Shown piece after piece: positions 26,357-39,605 of a DNA stretch of 64,000 nucleotides. Every line of letters begins with the position of its first letter. Within the stretch, counting starts at the first letter, position 1. The notes under the pieces are model-generated. The model worked only from the letters and a program-made list of their open reading frames with translations. It was not told the DNA's origin and searched no databases. This DNA is from Octopus vulgaris (lineage: Eukaryota): NCBI GenBank assembly GCA_951406725.2, contig OX597817.1, forward strand, positions 32,550,001 through 32,614,000, written 5' to 3'. A program made the position numbers and the translations under genes.

Positions 26357-26674
26357 TAATAATATGTAATATTGTCACAAGATCTGAAGATCAGTTACAT
26401 TTGACTTCAGTACTTGACTGGTACTATATTAGCAACAGTGTAAGAATTGAGGATAAAGTCATTTGAACTCAATAAGTAAACGGATGTAACTGAACTGAGT
26501 ATGATATTAAACCAATGCTCTTGAAATTTTACTATCCAGCCCCTAAAAAATAATAGTAATTTCAAACATTTGTACAAGGATAGAAATTTAAGGGGTTATA
26601 TTAATCAGTTAAATTGACTGGTATTTTGTTGTATACCAAGAGGATCGTTATGCCATTAATAAACACACATACTT

Positions 26675-27124
26675 TGAAATCAAATTCGATGACTGGCATC
26701 CATGCTAGTAGAGCGCTAAGAGCACCATCCGAGCATGATCGTTGCCAGAGCAGATGACTGGTTTCCGGGCTGGTGGCATGTAAAAGGCACCATTCGAGCG
26801 TGATCATTACCAGCCTCACCTTAATGGCACTTGTGCCGGTGGCACATGAAAAAACATTCGGGCAAGGTCGTTGCCAGTGCCACTGGACTGGCTCCTGTGC
26901 AGGTGGCATGTAAAAAACTCCTTTTGAGCGTAGCCATTGCCAGTACTGCCAGTACCACTCTCGGAGTGGTTGGCATTAGGAAGGGCATCCAGCTGTAGAA
27001 ACTCTGCCAGATCAGATTGGAGCCTGGTGCAGCCATCTGGTTTGCCAGTCCTCAGTCAAATCGTCCAACCTATGCTAGCATGGAAAGTGGGTGTTAAACA
27101 ATTATGATGATGATGATGATGATG
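26675..27124 (+). mobile_element. Family C repeat
   Basis: Match to 3913-4458. Confidence 0.85.
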
Positions 27125-27329
27125 ACTCATGTTGTTTTACTTTTTTGCTTTTGTATTTTTTGTTGTATCATTTAAAAAAAAAATTATTTTAATTATTTAA
27201 CTAATTAACCTCAGTGGATTTGAGCTTAGAATGTAAATAGCTGGAACAAATACTATCTTTTACTTTAATGATTCAAACAATTATAATAATCTTTATTTTT
27301 ATTTGTAACAAGGACAATGGATAAGGAGC

Positions 27330-27895
27330 CACTGCAAGGACAAATTATAAAATCATGTCAATTATAATACAATGACATCATAGAGACAACCACCAGGAGC
27401 CAATCAAAAGAATCTCCCAGATCCTGGATTACTCATACTCTCAAAGACAAGTGCCATCTCCTGTGTTCTCTGGTCTGAGAGTATGCCTCTTCACTCATAA
27501 AAAGCAGTCTCACCACTCTCACACACCTTTCAGCATCTGTCTCTTCATTTTAAGCTTTCTCTCAAAGTGGAACTTGAAATTGTTGATGAAGGCTTGAACA
27601 GAGAGTAAAGTATTTGTCCTAATTTTTTTTTTCAGTCTTGTCTACCATACTAGCTCTTCCCAGCCAAAAGGAAGTTGACAGGGAATTACTCATTATCAAC
27701 TTGGCTATTAGCTGGATTTGTCCAACTCTTGACAACAGCTGTTCAACATAACTCCACAAGTCTCCAATGCTCAGGCAATGAACCAGTATGTACAAACTGT
27801 TTGTTTTGCTCACACCTTGGAAAGATGGTAACAACCATGCCTGTTGGGATTTCCTACACTAGCAAGGCTCCTTTAGGCTGAAAGTCTCCAGGATG
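27330..27895 (-). pseudogene. L1/Tx1-type LINE ORF2 3' remnant
   Basis: ILVHCLSIGDLWSYVEQLLSRVG resembles the zf-RVT C-terminus (H...C....LW), followed by INNFKFHFERKLK-like sequence; frameshifted. Confidence 0.55.
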
Positions 27896-27971
27896 AATAA
27901 TAACAACAACAACAATGATGATGATAATAGTAATAATAATGAATATGATAATAATAATAATAATAATGATA

Positions 27972-28043
<72 letters not shown>

Positions 28044-28047
28044 AATG

Positions 28048-28086
<39 letters not shown>

Positions 28087-28101
28087 GTAATAATAATGAT
28101 G

Positions 28102-28135
<34 letters not shown>

Positions 28136-28143
28136 TAATGATG

Positions 28144-28180
<37 letters not shown>

Positions 28181-28411
28181 TGATAATAATAATAATGGTT
28201 TCAAATTTTTCCACAAGGGCAGCAGTTTTGGGGGAGAGGATGAGTTGATTACATCGACCCCAGTGTTTAACTGGTACTTATTTTATTGACTCTGAAAGGG
28301 TGAAAGGCAAAGTCAACCTCGGTGGAATTTGAACTCAGAACATAAAGACAGACAAAATGCTGCTAAGCATTTCATCCGGCATGTTCATGATTCTGCCAGC
28401 TTGCCACCTTG

Positions 28412-28461
<50 letters not shown>

Positions 28462-28978
28462 GATAATAATAATAATAATAGACAAACACATAGAAAAAAA
28501 TACACTCTGAAAATAAAAGCAAAACACCTGAGAATCAAACAGCAATAGCACATCAGACATTATATCTCTAAAAATGCATCAGACCCAAGAGAAAGAAAGA
28601 AACACAACAGCAAATAAAAGGCTAAACCAAAATAAAATCTCTACACATCTACCCAAACCAAATCCAATAAAATAAACAACTATGACAACATGTACTCCTA
28701 CAGGCCAGATACCCAACAGAGGAACACAACTCAACATTGCACACACAACTCATAATAGAAGCACTAATGCAACAAAAGACTACAACTAAACTTCATAACA
28801 AAACAAACTGATGCAATACAAATACCAGGAAGAGTTTTCCCTCCCCTAACAACAAAGGAGAACACACAGTGCTGCCCCTCCCCGCCCCCAGCAACAGGGA
28901 GGTCTATCTAGCAGGTGATGCAATAGAAATCTGCCTGAAACTATCAAATCTTGAATAATAATAATAATAATAATAATG

Positions 28979-29033
<55 letters not shown>

Positions 29034-29065
29034 TAATAATAATAATAATGATAATAATGATGATG

Positions 29066-29096
<31 letters not shown>

Positions 29097-29098
29097 TG

Positions 29099-29130
<32 letters not shown>

Positions 29131-29158
29131 CATAATAATAATAATAAAAATAAAACTA

Positions 29159-29213
<55 letters not shown>
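27896..29213. repeat. Long (AAT)/(GAT) arrays interrupted by a family B SINE (28197-28410) and an A/C-rich unique segment
   Basis: Direct inspection. Confidence 0.95.
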
Positions 29214-29216
<3 letters not shown>

Positions 29217-29770
29217 GCCCTGATGCAGTGCCAGGCAGTGGGTCTCGTGGCTTCTGATCTTTATTGATTGGAAGTGTTATCATATACATTGTTTTGTCTT
29301 GGTATAAAAGATGGGCTACAGCAAATATTCTGCTCAATACCACAGATTTGCTTGTCAGTTGCTTGACCTTAACCAGTTGAGCATGTCCCTTAGTGGCTGA
29401 AGATATGTGCATCTCTGATCATGAGCAGAAGTAGTAGAGGAGCATCACAGCCATGTGTTGAAAGGAATTCTTTGCAGTTTGGATAATTCACCTTTGGAAA
29501 CATGGGTGGTTTGTTCAACATCCTTAAACAATCCTTATCCAGGGACCTTTTGAGCAGGATGGGCTACTCAACCAAAATAAAATTCTAACTGGGCCTCACC
29601 TGCAAGGTCAGGTGCTGTTTATCTTGATATGAGATCACCACGTCGCGCACATATGGTTGTGATGCATGTGCCAGGTGTACCCTTATCAAACGGGTAGTCA
29701 TGATGGGTATACTGGGCTTCGTATATTTTACCCCAGTGTCACTTTGATGGCATGCACTGCTCTCTCACTC
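29214..29770. mobile_element. Unclassified ~557-bp insert in an (AAT)n array
   Basis: Complex, relatively GC-richer sequence with sharp borders and (AAT)n on the same strand on both sides. Confidence 0.5.
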
Positions 29771-29810
<40 letters not shown>

Positions 29811-30077
29811 GTGTCTTCTTTAAGTATAAGGCCAACAATTTTGAGAGGAAGTGGTTAGTTGATATCAAAACCGCAGTACTTGATTACTATTTTATTGGCA
29901 AGGATGGAAAGCAAAGTTGACCTCAGCAAAGTTTGAACTCAGTGTGTAAAATTCTTACTAAATACCACAAAGCACTTTATTTCTGACTCACTAATGATTC
30001 AACTGGCTCATTGCTTTGCAATAATTGCTTCTAATTTTGGCACCAAGCCAGCAATTTTGGGAGAGCGTTTTAACTGA

Positions 30078-30637
30078 CACTCCATCAGTTACAACAATGA
30101 AGGTTCCAATTCATATGATCAATGGAACAGCCTGCTCATGAAATTAACATGCAAGTGGCTGAGCGCTCCAAAGACATGCATACCTAATTCTTTACTGTCC
30201 ACAAGGGGCTACACACAGAGGGGACAGACAAGGACAGACAAACGGATTAAGTCGATTATATCGACCCTAGTGCGTAACTGGTACTTATTTAATCGACCCC
30301 GAAAGGATGAAAGGCAAAGTTGACCTCGGCAGAATTTGAACTCAGAACGTAAAGACGGACGAAATACTGCTAAGCATTTCGCCAAGCGCGCTAATGTTTC
30401 TGCCAGCTTTCCACCTTTAGACATACATACCCTTAACATAGCTTTCAGGGAGATTCAGCATATCACAAAATGTGACAAGGCTAGCCCTTTGAAATACAGG
30501 TGCTACTCACTTTTGCCAGACTGAAGCAATGTGAAATAAAGTGTCTTGCTCAAGGACACACGTGCTGCTAGGAATCAAATTCACGACCTTATGATCGTGA
30601 GCCGAATGCCCCTAACCACTAAGCCCCATGCCTTCAC
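30078..30637 (-). mobile_element. SINE family D (body beta + tail 1) with nested family B SINE (30186-30418)
   Basis: Both halves align to 54002-54326; duplicated agacat(g/a)catacc flanks the nested copy. Confidence 0.8.
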
Positions 30638-30736
30638 AAGAGAAGGTGTCAATTCTACTGCTCCTAGCAATTGACCAGTACCTGATTTTTATTGATCTGG
30701 AAAAGATGGCAGGCAAAGTCGGTCTCATCAAGACTT

Positions 30737-31112
30737 GGAGCACCATCCGAGTGTGATCGCTGCCAGAGCAGCTAACTGGCTTCCGTGCTGGTGGCACGTA
30801 AAAGGCACCATTCAAGTGTGATCGTTACCAGCATCACCTTACAGGCACCTGTGCCAGTGGCATGGGTAAAAAAAAATTCGAGCGAGGTCGTTGCCAGTAC
30901 CGCCTGACTGGCCCTCGGGCCGGTGGCACATAAAAACACCCACTACACTCTCAGAGTGGTTGGCATTAGGAAAGGCATCCAGCTGTAGAAACTCTGCCAG
31001 ATCAAGATTGGAGCCTGGTGCAGCCATCTGGTTCACCAGCCCTCAGTAAAATCGTCCAACCCATGCTAGCATGGAAAGCGGACGTTAAACGATGATGATG
31101 ATGATGATGATG
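30737..31112 (+). mobile_element. Family C repeat
   Basis: Match to other C copies; (GAT)n tail. Confidence 0.85.
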
Positions 31113-32004
31113 AAGTTTTGGCACAAGGCCACACATTTTGAAAGAAGGAAACAGCTACTTATCTATGACTTCAGTACTTGACTAGTGACTGGTTTTTATG
31201 AACCTTTATAAAGAAAAAAAAAGAGAATGAAATCAACTTTAACAGAACTTGAACTGAGAATCTAAAGAAATGTAACTAACTAATAGAAGGAATTTAATGA
31301 ATTATTCTATCATTTCTGATATAATTTCTATCATTTCCCATCCCAATCACAATATCCAGAATGTCTGGTTCAGAAGCCATTATAAATTTTCCCTGGTAAG
31401 TTGACTATGTACAGATGCTTATAATACAAGCAGTAATTTTCACATATGAATTCACATGTACTAAAGAAAAGATTACTTTTCTTGTTCACATTTGAATAAA
31501 TAATTTCATTATTTATTTATTTATGTATTTTATTATTTATACATTTTTGAGTCGTATATAATGAGAATTGAAACAAACTTCATAAGAGTTATTATACTGG
31601 TTTCAAATTTTGGCACAAGGCCAGCAATTTGGGGAGAGGGTGTAAGTTGATTACATTGACCAACTGGTACTTATTTTAGTGAACCTGAAGGCAAAGTTGA
31701 CCTTGCTGGAATTTGAACTCAAAACGTGAAGATGGACGAAATTCTGCAAAGTACTTTTTCTGGTATGGTAATGATTCTGCCAGCTTCATATGAGTTATAT
31801 TAATATTTTGATGTAAATTCACCACTTTTACTGTACCTTAACTGCTGTGCACAATAACAATGACAGCAGTTGTATTAAACCTATGACACAATAACTTGAG
31901 TCAAACAAGGCTATGTTATTACACCTATATTGTTCCCCCTTTTTTTTTTTTAACTGCAACGTTCTACATAGTGACCAATTGTTTCTGTCAGTAAATATAT
32001 ATAT

Positions 32005-32420
32005 ATTTCTTTACTACCCACAAGGGGCTAAACACAGAGGGGACAAATAAGGACAGACACACGGATTAAGTCAATTATATCGACCCCAGTGCATAACTGG
32101 TACTTATTTAATCGACTCCGAAAGGATGAAAGGCAAAGTCGACCTTGGCGGAATTTGAACTCAGAACATAGCAGCAGACGAAATACCTATTTCTTTACTA
32201 CCCACAAGGGGTTAAACACAGAGAGGACAAACAAGGACAGACAAACAGATTAAGTCAATTATATCGACCCCAGTGCGTAACTGGTACTTAATTTATCGAC
32301 CCCGAAAGGATGAAAAGTAAAGTCAACCTCGGCAGAATTTGAACTCAGAACGTAATGGCAGACGAAATACCGCTTAGCATTTCGCCCGGCGTGCTAACGA
32401 TTCTGCCAGCTCGCCGCCTT
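32005..32420 (-). mobile_element. SINE family B tandem dimer
   Basis: TSD tgtcagt(a/g)aatatata at 31986-32001 and 32421-32436. Confidence 0.9.
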
Positions 32421-33632
32421 TGTCAGTGAATATATATTTCATATGGAACATATTGAAATGACTTTTATCTTGATTGGAAGTTGAAATCAAATGCATCATA
32501 TATTCAGTTATAGAGCTAGAAATATGTTAATAATCCAGCTATCGGTGCAGGTTTTCAAGTAGATCTACAAGCTATTGTTGACAGCTTTGCACATGTTATT
32601 CTAAAAGATAATATGAACAAAATTAAGTTATTCACACAACTCTCATTTGCATAATACAATAATTATAGTAAATAACTCCACCCTGGAAAATTCATTAGGT
32701 TTAGTTATTTATAGTAACCATATTTTATATTATTAAGACAAACATTAACAATGAAATTTAGAAATTAATTGCTCCAGCTATATTTAGATAAAATGAAGTT
32801 TATAAGATCTTTTATGATGATAGCATAACAACCACTACAAAAATCTGCAGTGGCGTGTCCTATGAGAGAGAAAGTGAGACAGACAGAAGAGACAGATATA
32901 CACAGAAAAAGAACACAGATATACACAGACAAAGAACACTCAGACATAGGTACATAAGTGTGTACACATGTAAAGATGTTTGATTTTGATACCTTTTTAT
33001 GGCATAGGAAATCAGACTGCATACTGAAAGCATAAAAAAATCTTGAATCGTTACACCAAAAATGCTTCAAAAGGAATCTGAACATCACTTGGCTGAACAA
33101 TCAAATGCTAGCATTCTTCTTTTATAACTCCATTCACATATTGGATGTCTGATAAGAAAATATGAGACTTTTGTGTATGATTTCTATCCAGCATTCAGTA
33201 CAATTGCTGCCTAGCTGTCAGGTGTTTGTGGGAATTCTTGAGTCTTCTAATATAAAGAACCTGTTAATATAAAGAGCACAAGAACAGTCTCATTTAACAC
33301 CATCTGCAATTAAATTCCTCAGTGTTTTCTTTTTTCTTCTTAAAAGGAAAAAAAGTATTTCAAACATCCAGACTTATCTATAACATGCTTCAACGATACC
33401 AAAACCACCCTATTAAGAATAATATTCCTTCTACTTAGTCTACACAAACTTGTCAGGACACATATCCACAAACAGAGCAGCAGCACCAAAAACCATATCA
33501 ACCCCAATCCAAATTGCCCACCTCTACTGTTGTATGTCATTTAAGGGAGAAAGTGGGAAAGAATACATTGAAATAAATACATGTGCCCATATTCACCACC
33601 GATACGCAGAGATAAAAAAAGGTACAACTTAA

Positions 33633-33862
33633 GAAGAGTGGTCCCGGTGCGCGCACTCGCGTACTCGCACTAGCTAGTCGTGACTAGTCGATCTTACAAC
33701 GACTACCTAACAAAGTAAATAAAACACAAAATAAATAATTTTTTTACACAAAGTAAATAATTTTTTTAAACAAAGCAAATAAAACAAAAATACAAAGTAA
33801 GGATCGACTATTCACGACTAGCTAGCGTGGATACGCGAGTGCGCGCACCGGGACCACTCTTC
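33633..33862. mobile_element. MITE with ~65-bp TIRs and TTAA duplication (Kolobok-like termini)
   Basis: TTAA|GAAGAGTGGTCCCGGTGCGCGCAC ... GTGCGCGCACCGGGACCACTCTTC|TTAA; A-rich core of ACAAAGTAAATAA repeats. Confidence 0.8.
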
Positions 33863-34154
33863 TTAAGTAATACCGATAAAAAAGAACATGCACACACTAG
33901 ACACACACATTAAAGCACATAAATATGCACATCTTAATGAATAGAAAAATTGATATATAAACTCAGTATCATTTGTGCACCAACTTTTGCAGCATATATG
34001 TGCTAACATGACATCTTTAAGATAGCGTTAGTGTCTACACGTTTGTGTATATAAATTTATATAATGGATACATGCACACACAAGTATTCGCGTATTTGTG
34101 CGTGTAAGTATATATACATATAAGCACACACACACACATATATACATACATACA

Positions 34155-34188
<34 letters not shown>

Positions 34189-35560
34189 CATAAAATGATT
34201 CCTCAAATAAGCTTGTATAGCCTTACGCTTTAAAACTTATTACTACTTAAAATATTTAACAACGAGCTCTTGAATTTTATCTGCAGTTTCATAAATTCTT
34301 TAACAATTTAAGCCCCCCCCCCCATCCTATACATTATACGTTTGGCCTCGGCCTTTGTCTTGGAGTTTAGCTGTTTTTATTTTAAAAATTGCTCCACCCT
34401 TTCCAAGCTCTCATCTCTCAGTATTTCTTCCGCTTTTCTCTCTTTTACTTTAGTATACGTTTAAGCATTTCTTTAAGAAGATTCCGCCACAAATTCTAAT
34501 ATTTGCTGAAGTGATTGAAACAATTTGTAGATTTATATGCGTGTATGTTACGTAATTGATTTTATGTCTGAAAAAAAAAAAAAGAAAAGAAAAGGAAAAA
34601 TCCATTTCGCTTTCTGAATGTAATATTTGCAGACAGCTTTTGACGTCAACAACCGAAAAACATGTAACAAGAGTGTTAGGATAAGTGTGCGTGCGTACAG
34701 AGAACGCATATGCAGCGACACACACACACCTTTTGAATTTCTTCTCAACTTGATGTGTTTCATTTAAGCCAAATACATTGGTGGGAATCAATGATTACGT
34801 AAGTTCACATAAAACAAAAGAGGGGGAAAAAACATTCCGCTAATATATAAAGGAAGTTTATACGAAATCTGTATGCGCTGGACCTTGCTAAAACAAAATG
34901 TGAATCCGGGTGTACAATCATGAAATATGATTTGCCCACGTCAACACATACGCACATTCGTGTGTATATGTTGACGTGGGCAAATACATATATATACATG
35001 TATGTATATATGTGTGTGTGAGTGCGTGTATATATATATATATATAATATGAGGGAACATTGAATTGATAAAAGGTGTTTTTTTCTCATTTATATATATA
35101 TATATATATACTTATATATACACATACACACACATATGTGTGTGTAACTGAACTTTGGAACTAGCTTACAGTAGCAAAGACGTACCTAATTTTCAATTAA
35201 GTTTTCGCTAATTAGCTCAATACTCTTTCCCTCTTCCTCCCTCTCTCTCTTTGCTGGTTTCTGCGATAAAGGTCGAACTGTGAACAAGGTTGAAAGGGCT
35301 TAGGGTATTTTTTTTCTTTTTATAAACGTCAATCCAAAAATTAGTGTCAGTCTATTATACTAAAGCAAAATCTATATCTTCAAATGTTAAACGCTAACCT
35401 TTCGTCCTAGGCCATGATGTTATAGTTTCTTCAATCAAAGTATTAATGAATGTCCTCTTGCTTGAAAAAAATTTTTGCTCCAAACATCAAAAACAATCGT
35501 TTTTGAAAAGTTGATTAATATTTTGCCATCACTTTCTTTTGAAGTTAATAAATATAAGTA

Positions 35561-35861
35561 CAGATACAATACCGACTTTCCGGACACTGATAATCCGATT
35601 CATCTTATAAATTCGCACGAAATTACGAACAGGAACTTCAAATTCCCCCAGCCTAGTATATTGGTACCTTGTACTGTACAGTATTAATAAACCCGTATCG
35701 TTTATACTACTGTATAGGGAACTGTATTTCATTTGCTTATTTAAGTAAATTTAATATTTGTTTAATTTAGAATATGTTGATCAAGGTGACCACTACCGGT
35801 TCGGAAAAATATACAAGAAGGCTTTGGAACCAAAGGTTCTGGAAAGTCGATGGCGTACCTG
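35561..35861. mobile_element. Tigger/pogo-like MITE
   Basis: TA|CAGATACAATACCGACTTTCCGGA ... TCTGGAAAGTCGATGGCGTACCTG|TA. Confidence 0.7.
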
Positions 35862-37145
35862 TACAAATAATATACCAGGGAATATTTTAACTAACCACAT
35901 TTTATATTCTGGATAAACTGGATTTTAATTTACTAAAATCAATATTTTTTTCTCTTATAAATCTTGCAAAAGACTTTCTTTACTTTGGTTTATAAAGGAA
36001 AAGGGAAAACCCTTTTACATGGTAACTATTTCATTTAATTAGCTCTTGGACTGGCTTCTATTCTTCAATGAAATTTGCTATCTGTATCCAATTTCTAACT
36101 TTTGTTTCAATGACTAAACGTCTTCAAGTATCTCTTAATGAAATTTAGGGGTAGGCGGAAAGAGAAAGAGAGAGGTTCCTGCTCTTATTTATTTATTTGT
36201 TTGGTACATTTTCTAACTCTATGCGTGGGTCTTTTTATTTTTCAGGTTAGTTCCTTCAAGACTTAAAAATAGAGCGGACTTATAACTACAGACACGAACT
36301 TTGCTTCTAAGTGGCAACTTCCATCAGCATACATGGTGAGGGAACCAAATCCTTAAATGCACATCTCGAGTATATTTTCTGTGCTAATATGGACCGGAAA
36401 TAGTGACGAGGAGATAATTATAACAGTATTAATAATAATATCCTTTGAAGCTACACACACACAATAGCTTGACAGACACACAGACAGACAGACAACGTCT
36501 TGAAAAAATTTTTTTATTATCTATGTTGCTTTATCTTTCAGTCCACATTATCTAAATCTATTTGTCTTGATGTAAAGCTTAATTTGTAGGGAAACTGAAT
36601 TGACTTTGGAATGCCTTATCTTGTAGCCAGTGTTCACAACAGTGAATTAATACTTACCATTGGCTATTATGAAGCATCACTCTCTGACTCATAAATAACT
36701 ATCTGCTCCATAAGAATTTCTTTTATCGATAACAAAAAAAAAAAAAAATAGCGCTATTCCGTGATCAGCTAAAACAGATTTAATTTACAACGAGAAATAA
36801 TAAAGGCAGAGGGCTTCTTTTAGTGCGTAAAGGGAAAGTTGAGAAGTCTTTATACAGTTCAGACACAAGCCTGTCATCAGAAGTGAACGGATTAAAGAAA
36901 TCTAAGTTTATGCAGATCGGCCATTTTATTACGTAACACATAAGTATAACATTTGCCAAAGTAGTTTCTTTGGGAACTTAGTAATTCCTAATCGATAGAT
37001 CTAGACGAAGATCAATGAACACTACAAAAACTATTACTAAAATAAACGTAGATGTAAACCGAGGGGTATCTGTGAAGTGTATTCGGATGTGTATACGTAT
37101 GCTGTGATCAAGGCTTGTTTTTTTTTATATTCGGAATTACATATA

Positions 37146-37390
37146 TATATATTAAAAATGCGGAAGGCCGCTTTATGGGATTACCTTAGGTTTCCCGTCC
37201 ATAAAGGGTTTAGCTTCATGGCGTATCGTCATATCCCAGAAACCTGTTGGCCCATGAACTCTTAAGAATTTTAAGAGGTCATGAACCAACAGGTTTTGGG
37301 GATCTGACGATACGCCATAATGCTAAACACTTTATGGACGAGAAACCTAAGGTAATCCCATAAACCGGCCTTCCCCATTTTTAATATATA
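37146..37390. repeat. 245-bp imperfect palindrome (foldback element)
   Basis: Arms of about 120 bp pair without gaps around centre 37268, with 12 substitutions and a 3-5 nt loop. Confidence 0.95.
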
Positions 37391-37562
37391 CTGCTCCACT
37401 TCTTAGAGAGTGCTTCTTCTTTCGGATTTAAATTTTTTACAAACGATATATATAAGTGTATGTGTATGTGTGTATGTATTATATATTATATATTATTATA
37501 TAATATATATATATATATATATGGCCGCAGTCAAATGACTGAAACAAGTAAAAAAAAAAAAA

Positions 37563-37971
37563 TATATATATATATATAATAAAGCTCAACGTCTGTGTGT
37601 CTCTACATCTATAGAACGAAATGGAAAGATACATAAAAACAAAATATATTACCTCGTAAAATTTTACGAGAAAGACGATGAGCTACATAAAATTTACCTT
37701 CCATTACGATTAGGGGACTTAAACACCCCTGTGAAATTTCAAATACCTCCGATTTCAATGAAAATATCTACATAACTACTAGGTACTAAATAAAGACGAT
37801 TTCCAGAATTTCACCACCTTACAATATCATTTAACCCCCAAATAGGGTTTATAACACGGGACAGAGCCCCTTTGAAAGTGCAAATATATCCACTTTTCAT
37901 GGAAGATACATAAAATTTAAGTATGTGTTCTTGGAATAAATGTGCTACAAAACTTCAACACTGCATATCTC

Positions 37972-38036
<65 letters not shown>

Positions 38037-38098
38037 CTATGAGAAGTTATGGCGTCAGTAAGACTCAAAGGTGTCAGGTAATGCTGAGTAAGTGCTAT
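37563..38098 (+). mobile_element. Degenerate non-autonomous Helitron
   Basis: 5' TATATATAATAAAG..GTCTGTGTGTC resembles 45090; 3' CAGGTAATGCTGAGTAAGTGCTAT resembles a decayed CGGGCAACGCCGGG..TGCTAG. Confidence 0.45.
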
Positions 38099-38244
38099 GG
38101 ATAGACCATAGTTAAGCTCCAGGTTCGGTGATTATATGAATAAGGAGTCCAACGTAGGTCATAGCATGTGTATATATAATTTTTTTTTTCACAATGAGAT
38201 AAAAAAAACCAACGCTATGAAGATTTTAGAACATTTATAAATAG

Positions 38245-38292
38245 GTCTTACAGCTGTTTCCAGGATATTTATTATATCCCTTCATCGGAGAC
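38245..38292 (-). ncRNA. Minimal type-I hammerhead ribozyme motif (variant core)
   Basis: GUCU-CCGAUGA-a-GGGAUAU-aauaa-AUAUCCU-g-GAAAC-AGCU-GUA-AGAC; palindromic stem III ACAGCUGU. Confidence 0.75.
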
Positions 38293-38519
38293 GGTGTGAG
38301 AAAATGGTTAAGCAATAATTAATTTAGATAAGATACGAAGTAGAGAGTGAAGTGGAGGAATGAAAATAGATGTGAGATATGCAGGGATATTGCATTTGTA
38401 GATCCATTATTTAGGCAGAATGGTATACATATAAGATTCCAATACCTTGTGAGTAAAATCCAGTAGTATCTAAAATTAGTCATTCCAAGTATAAAGTTTG
38501 TACATAGTGCTATTGAATC

Positions 38520-39060
38520 AAGGGTTATATCAGGGGTTTGTAGACACTCAAGGAAACAAAGAAGGTATAAGCGAGAAACCTGCCAGGAAAGAAAACATAA
38601 GTGCAAGTGTCCTTACCACCATTAAGAGGAAAAACTGAGGAGGTGAAAAAGTCAAGAAGGAACAACCAAAACGAACAAAAACAAAAGATGAAACAGTCGA
38701 AGAAAGAAGCAAGTCTGATTGCCCATACAACAGAAAAGATAAAAAGAGACGGCACACATGAATGAGGAACATCTTTCACCTACATCCATGCTGCCATCCT
38801 TGTCATCTTTGCTCAATTCATTATCAAAGATGGTATCAAGAGTGCTGATGTGAGATCTTATGAGAGTGTGGGAGCGTATAGACTCCTGCTTCTTTCGCTC
38901 TATCCGTGCTAAAGTTCTTGACTAGCCATTGCTCTTCAGCACAGCTGTGATGATATTGTTTGGGTCATCTCCTTCAAAACAATACCAGGCTCTGAAAAAT
39001 AATGCCAGTTCCATGCTCCTCCAATTTCTGAACATTTTTTTACAGATTTTTCTGACAGTG
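38520..39060 (-). mobile_element. Possible LINE 3' end (decayed ORF + T-rich UTR)
   Basis: Coding-like composition followed by a T/pyrimidine-rich tract on the minus strand; no diagnostic motif. Confidence 0.3.
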
Positions 39061-39369
39061 TGATGGAGGGTAGTGAAAAAATAAAGTAAGAAAGGGGTGG
39101 GGTGGGATGAGAGAGAGTGTGTCTATGTATTTAAAGAGATTGAGAGGCTGAGAGAGAAGATGAACAAAGAAAGAAACGAAGGAGAGAGAGTGTCTATATA
39201 TTTAGAAAGATTGGGAGGATGAGAGAAGAAAGATGGAGAGAAGTGAAGAGACAAATAGAGAAAGAGAGAGAGGGAGTATGTGTTTATAATAGAGATTGAG
39301 GGGCTGAGAGAGAAAGAGAGAGAGGGAATATGTATCTATACTAGAGATTGAGGGAATGGGAGACGAAAG

Positions 39370-39443
<74 letters not shown>

Positions 39444-39605
39444 AAATGAGAAAATGGAGAAACATACCTAAATCAATCATCAACCATCAGATAATACCCA
39501 ATCAATACTTTATTAAACCATTACATAACAGCAATGACATTATACATAATATATTGCAAATATAACTAGACATGGAAATAGAAATAGAAAATACAATTAC
39601 ATCAT

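Noticed and set aside
36850-36885. Hammerhead-like CUGAUGA-CAGGC-uugu-GUCUG-AAC on the minus strand
   Set aside because: Lacks GAAA, and stem I cannot be formed in register; probably chance or too decayed to call
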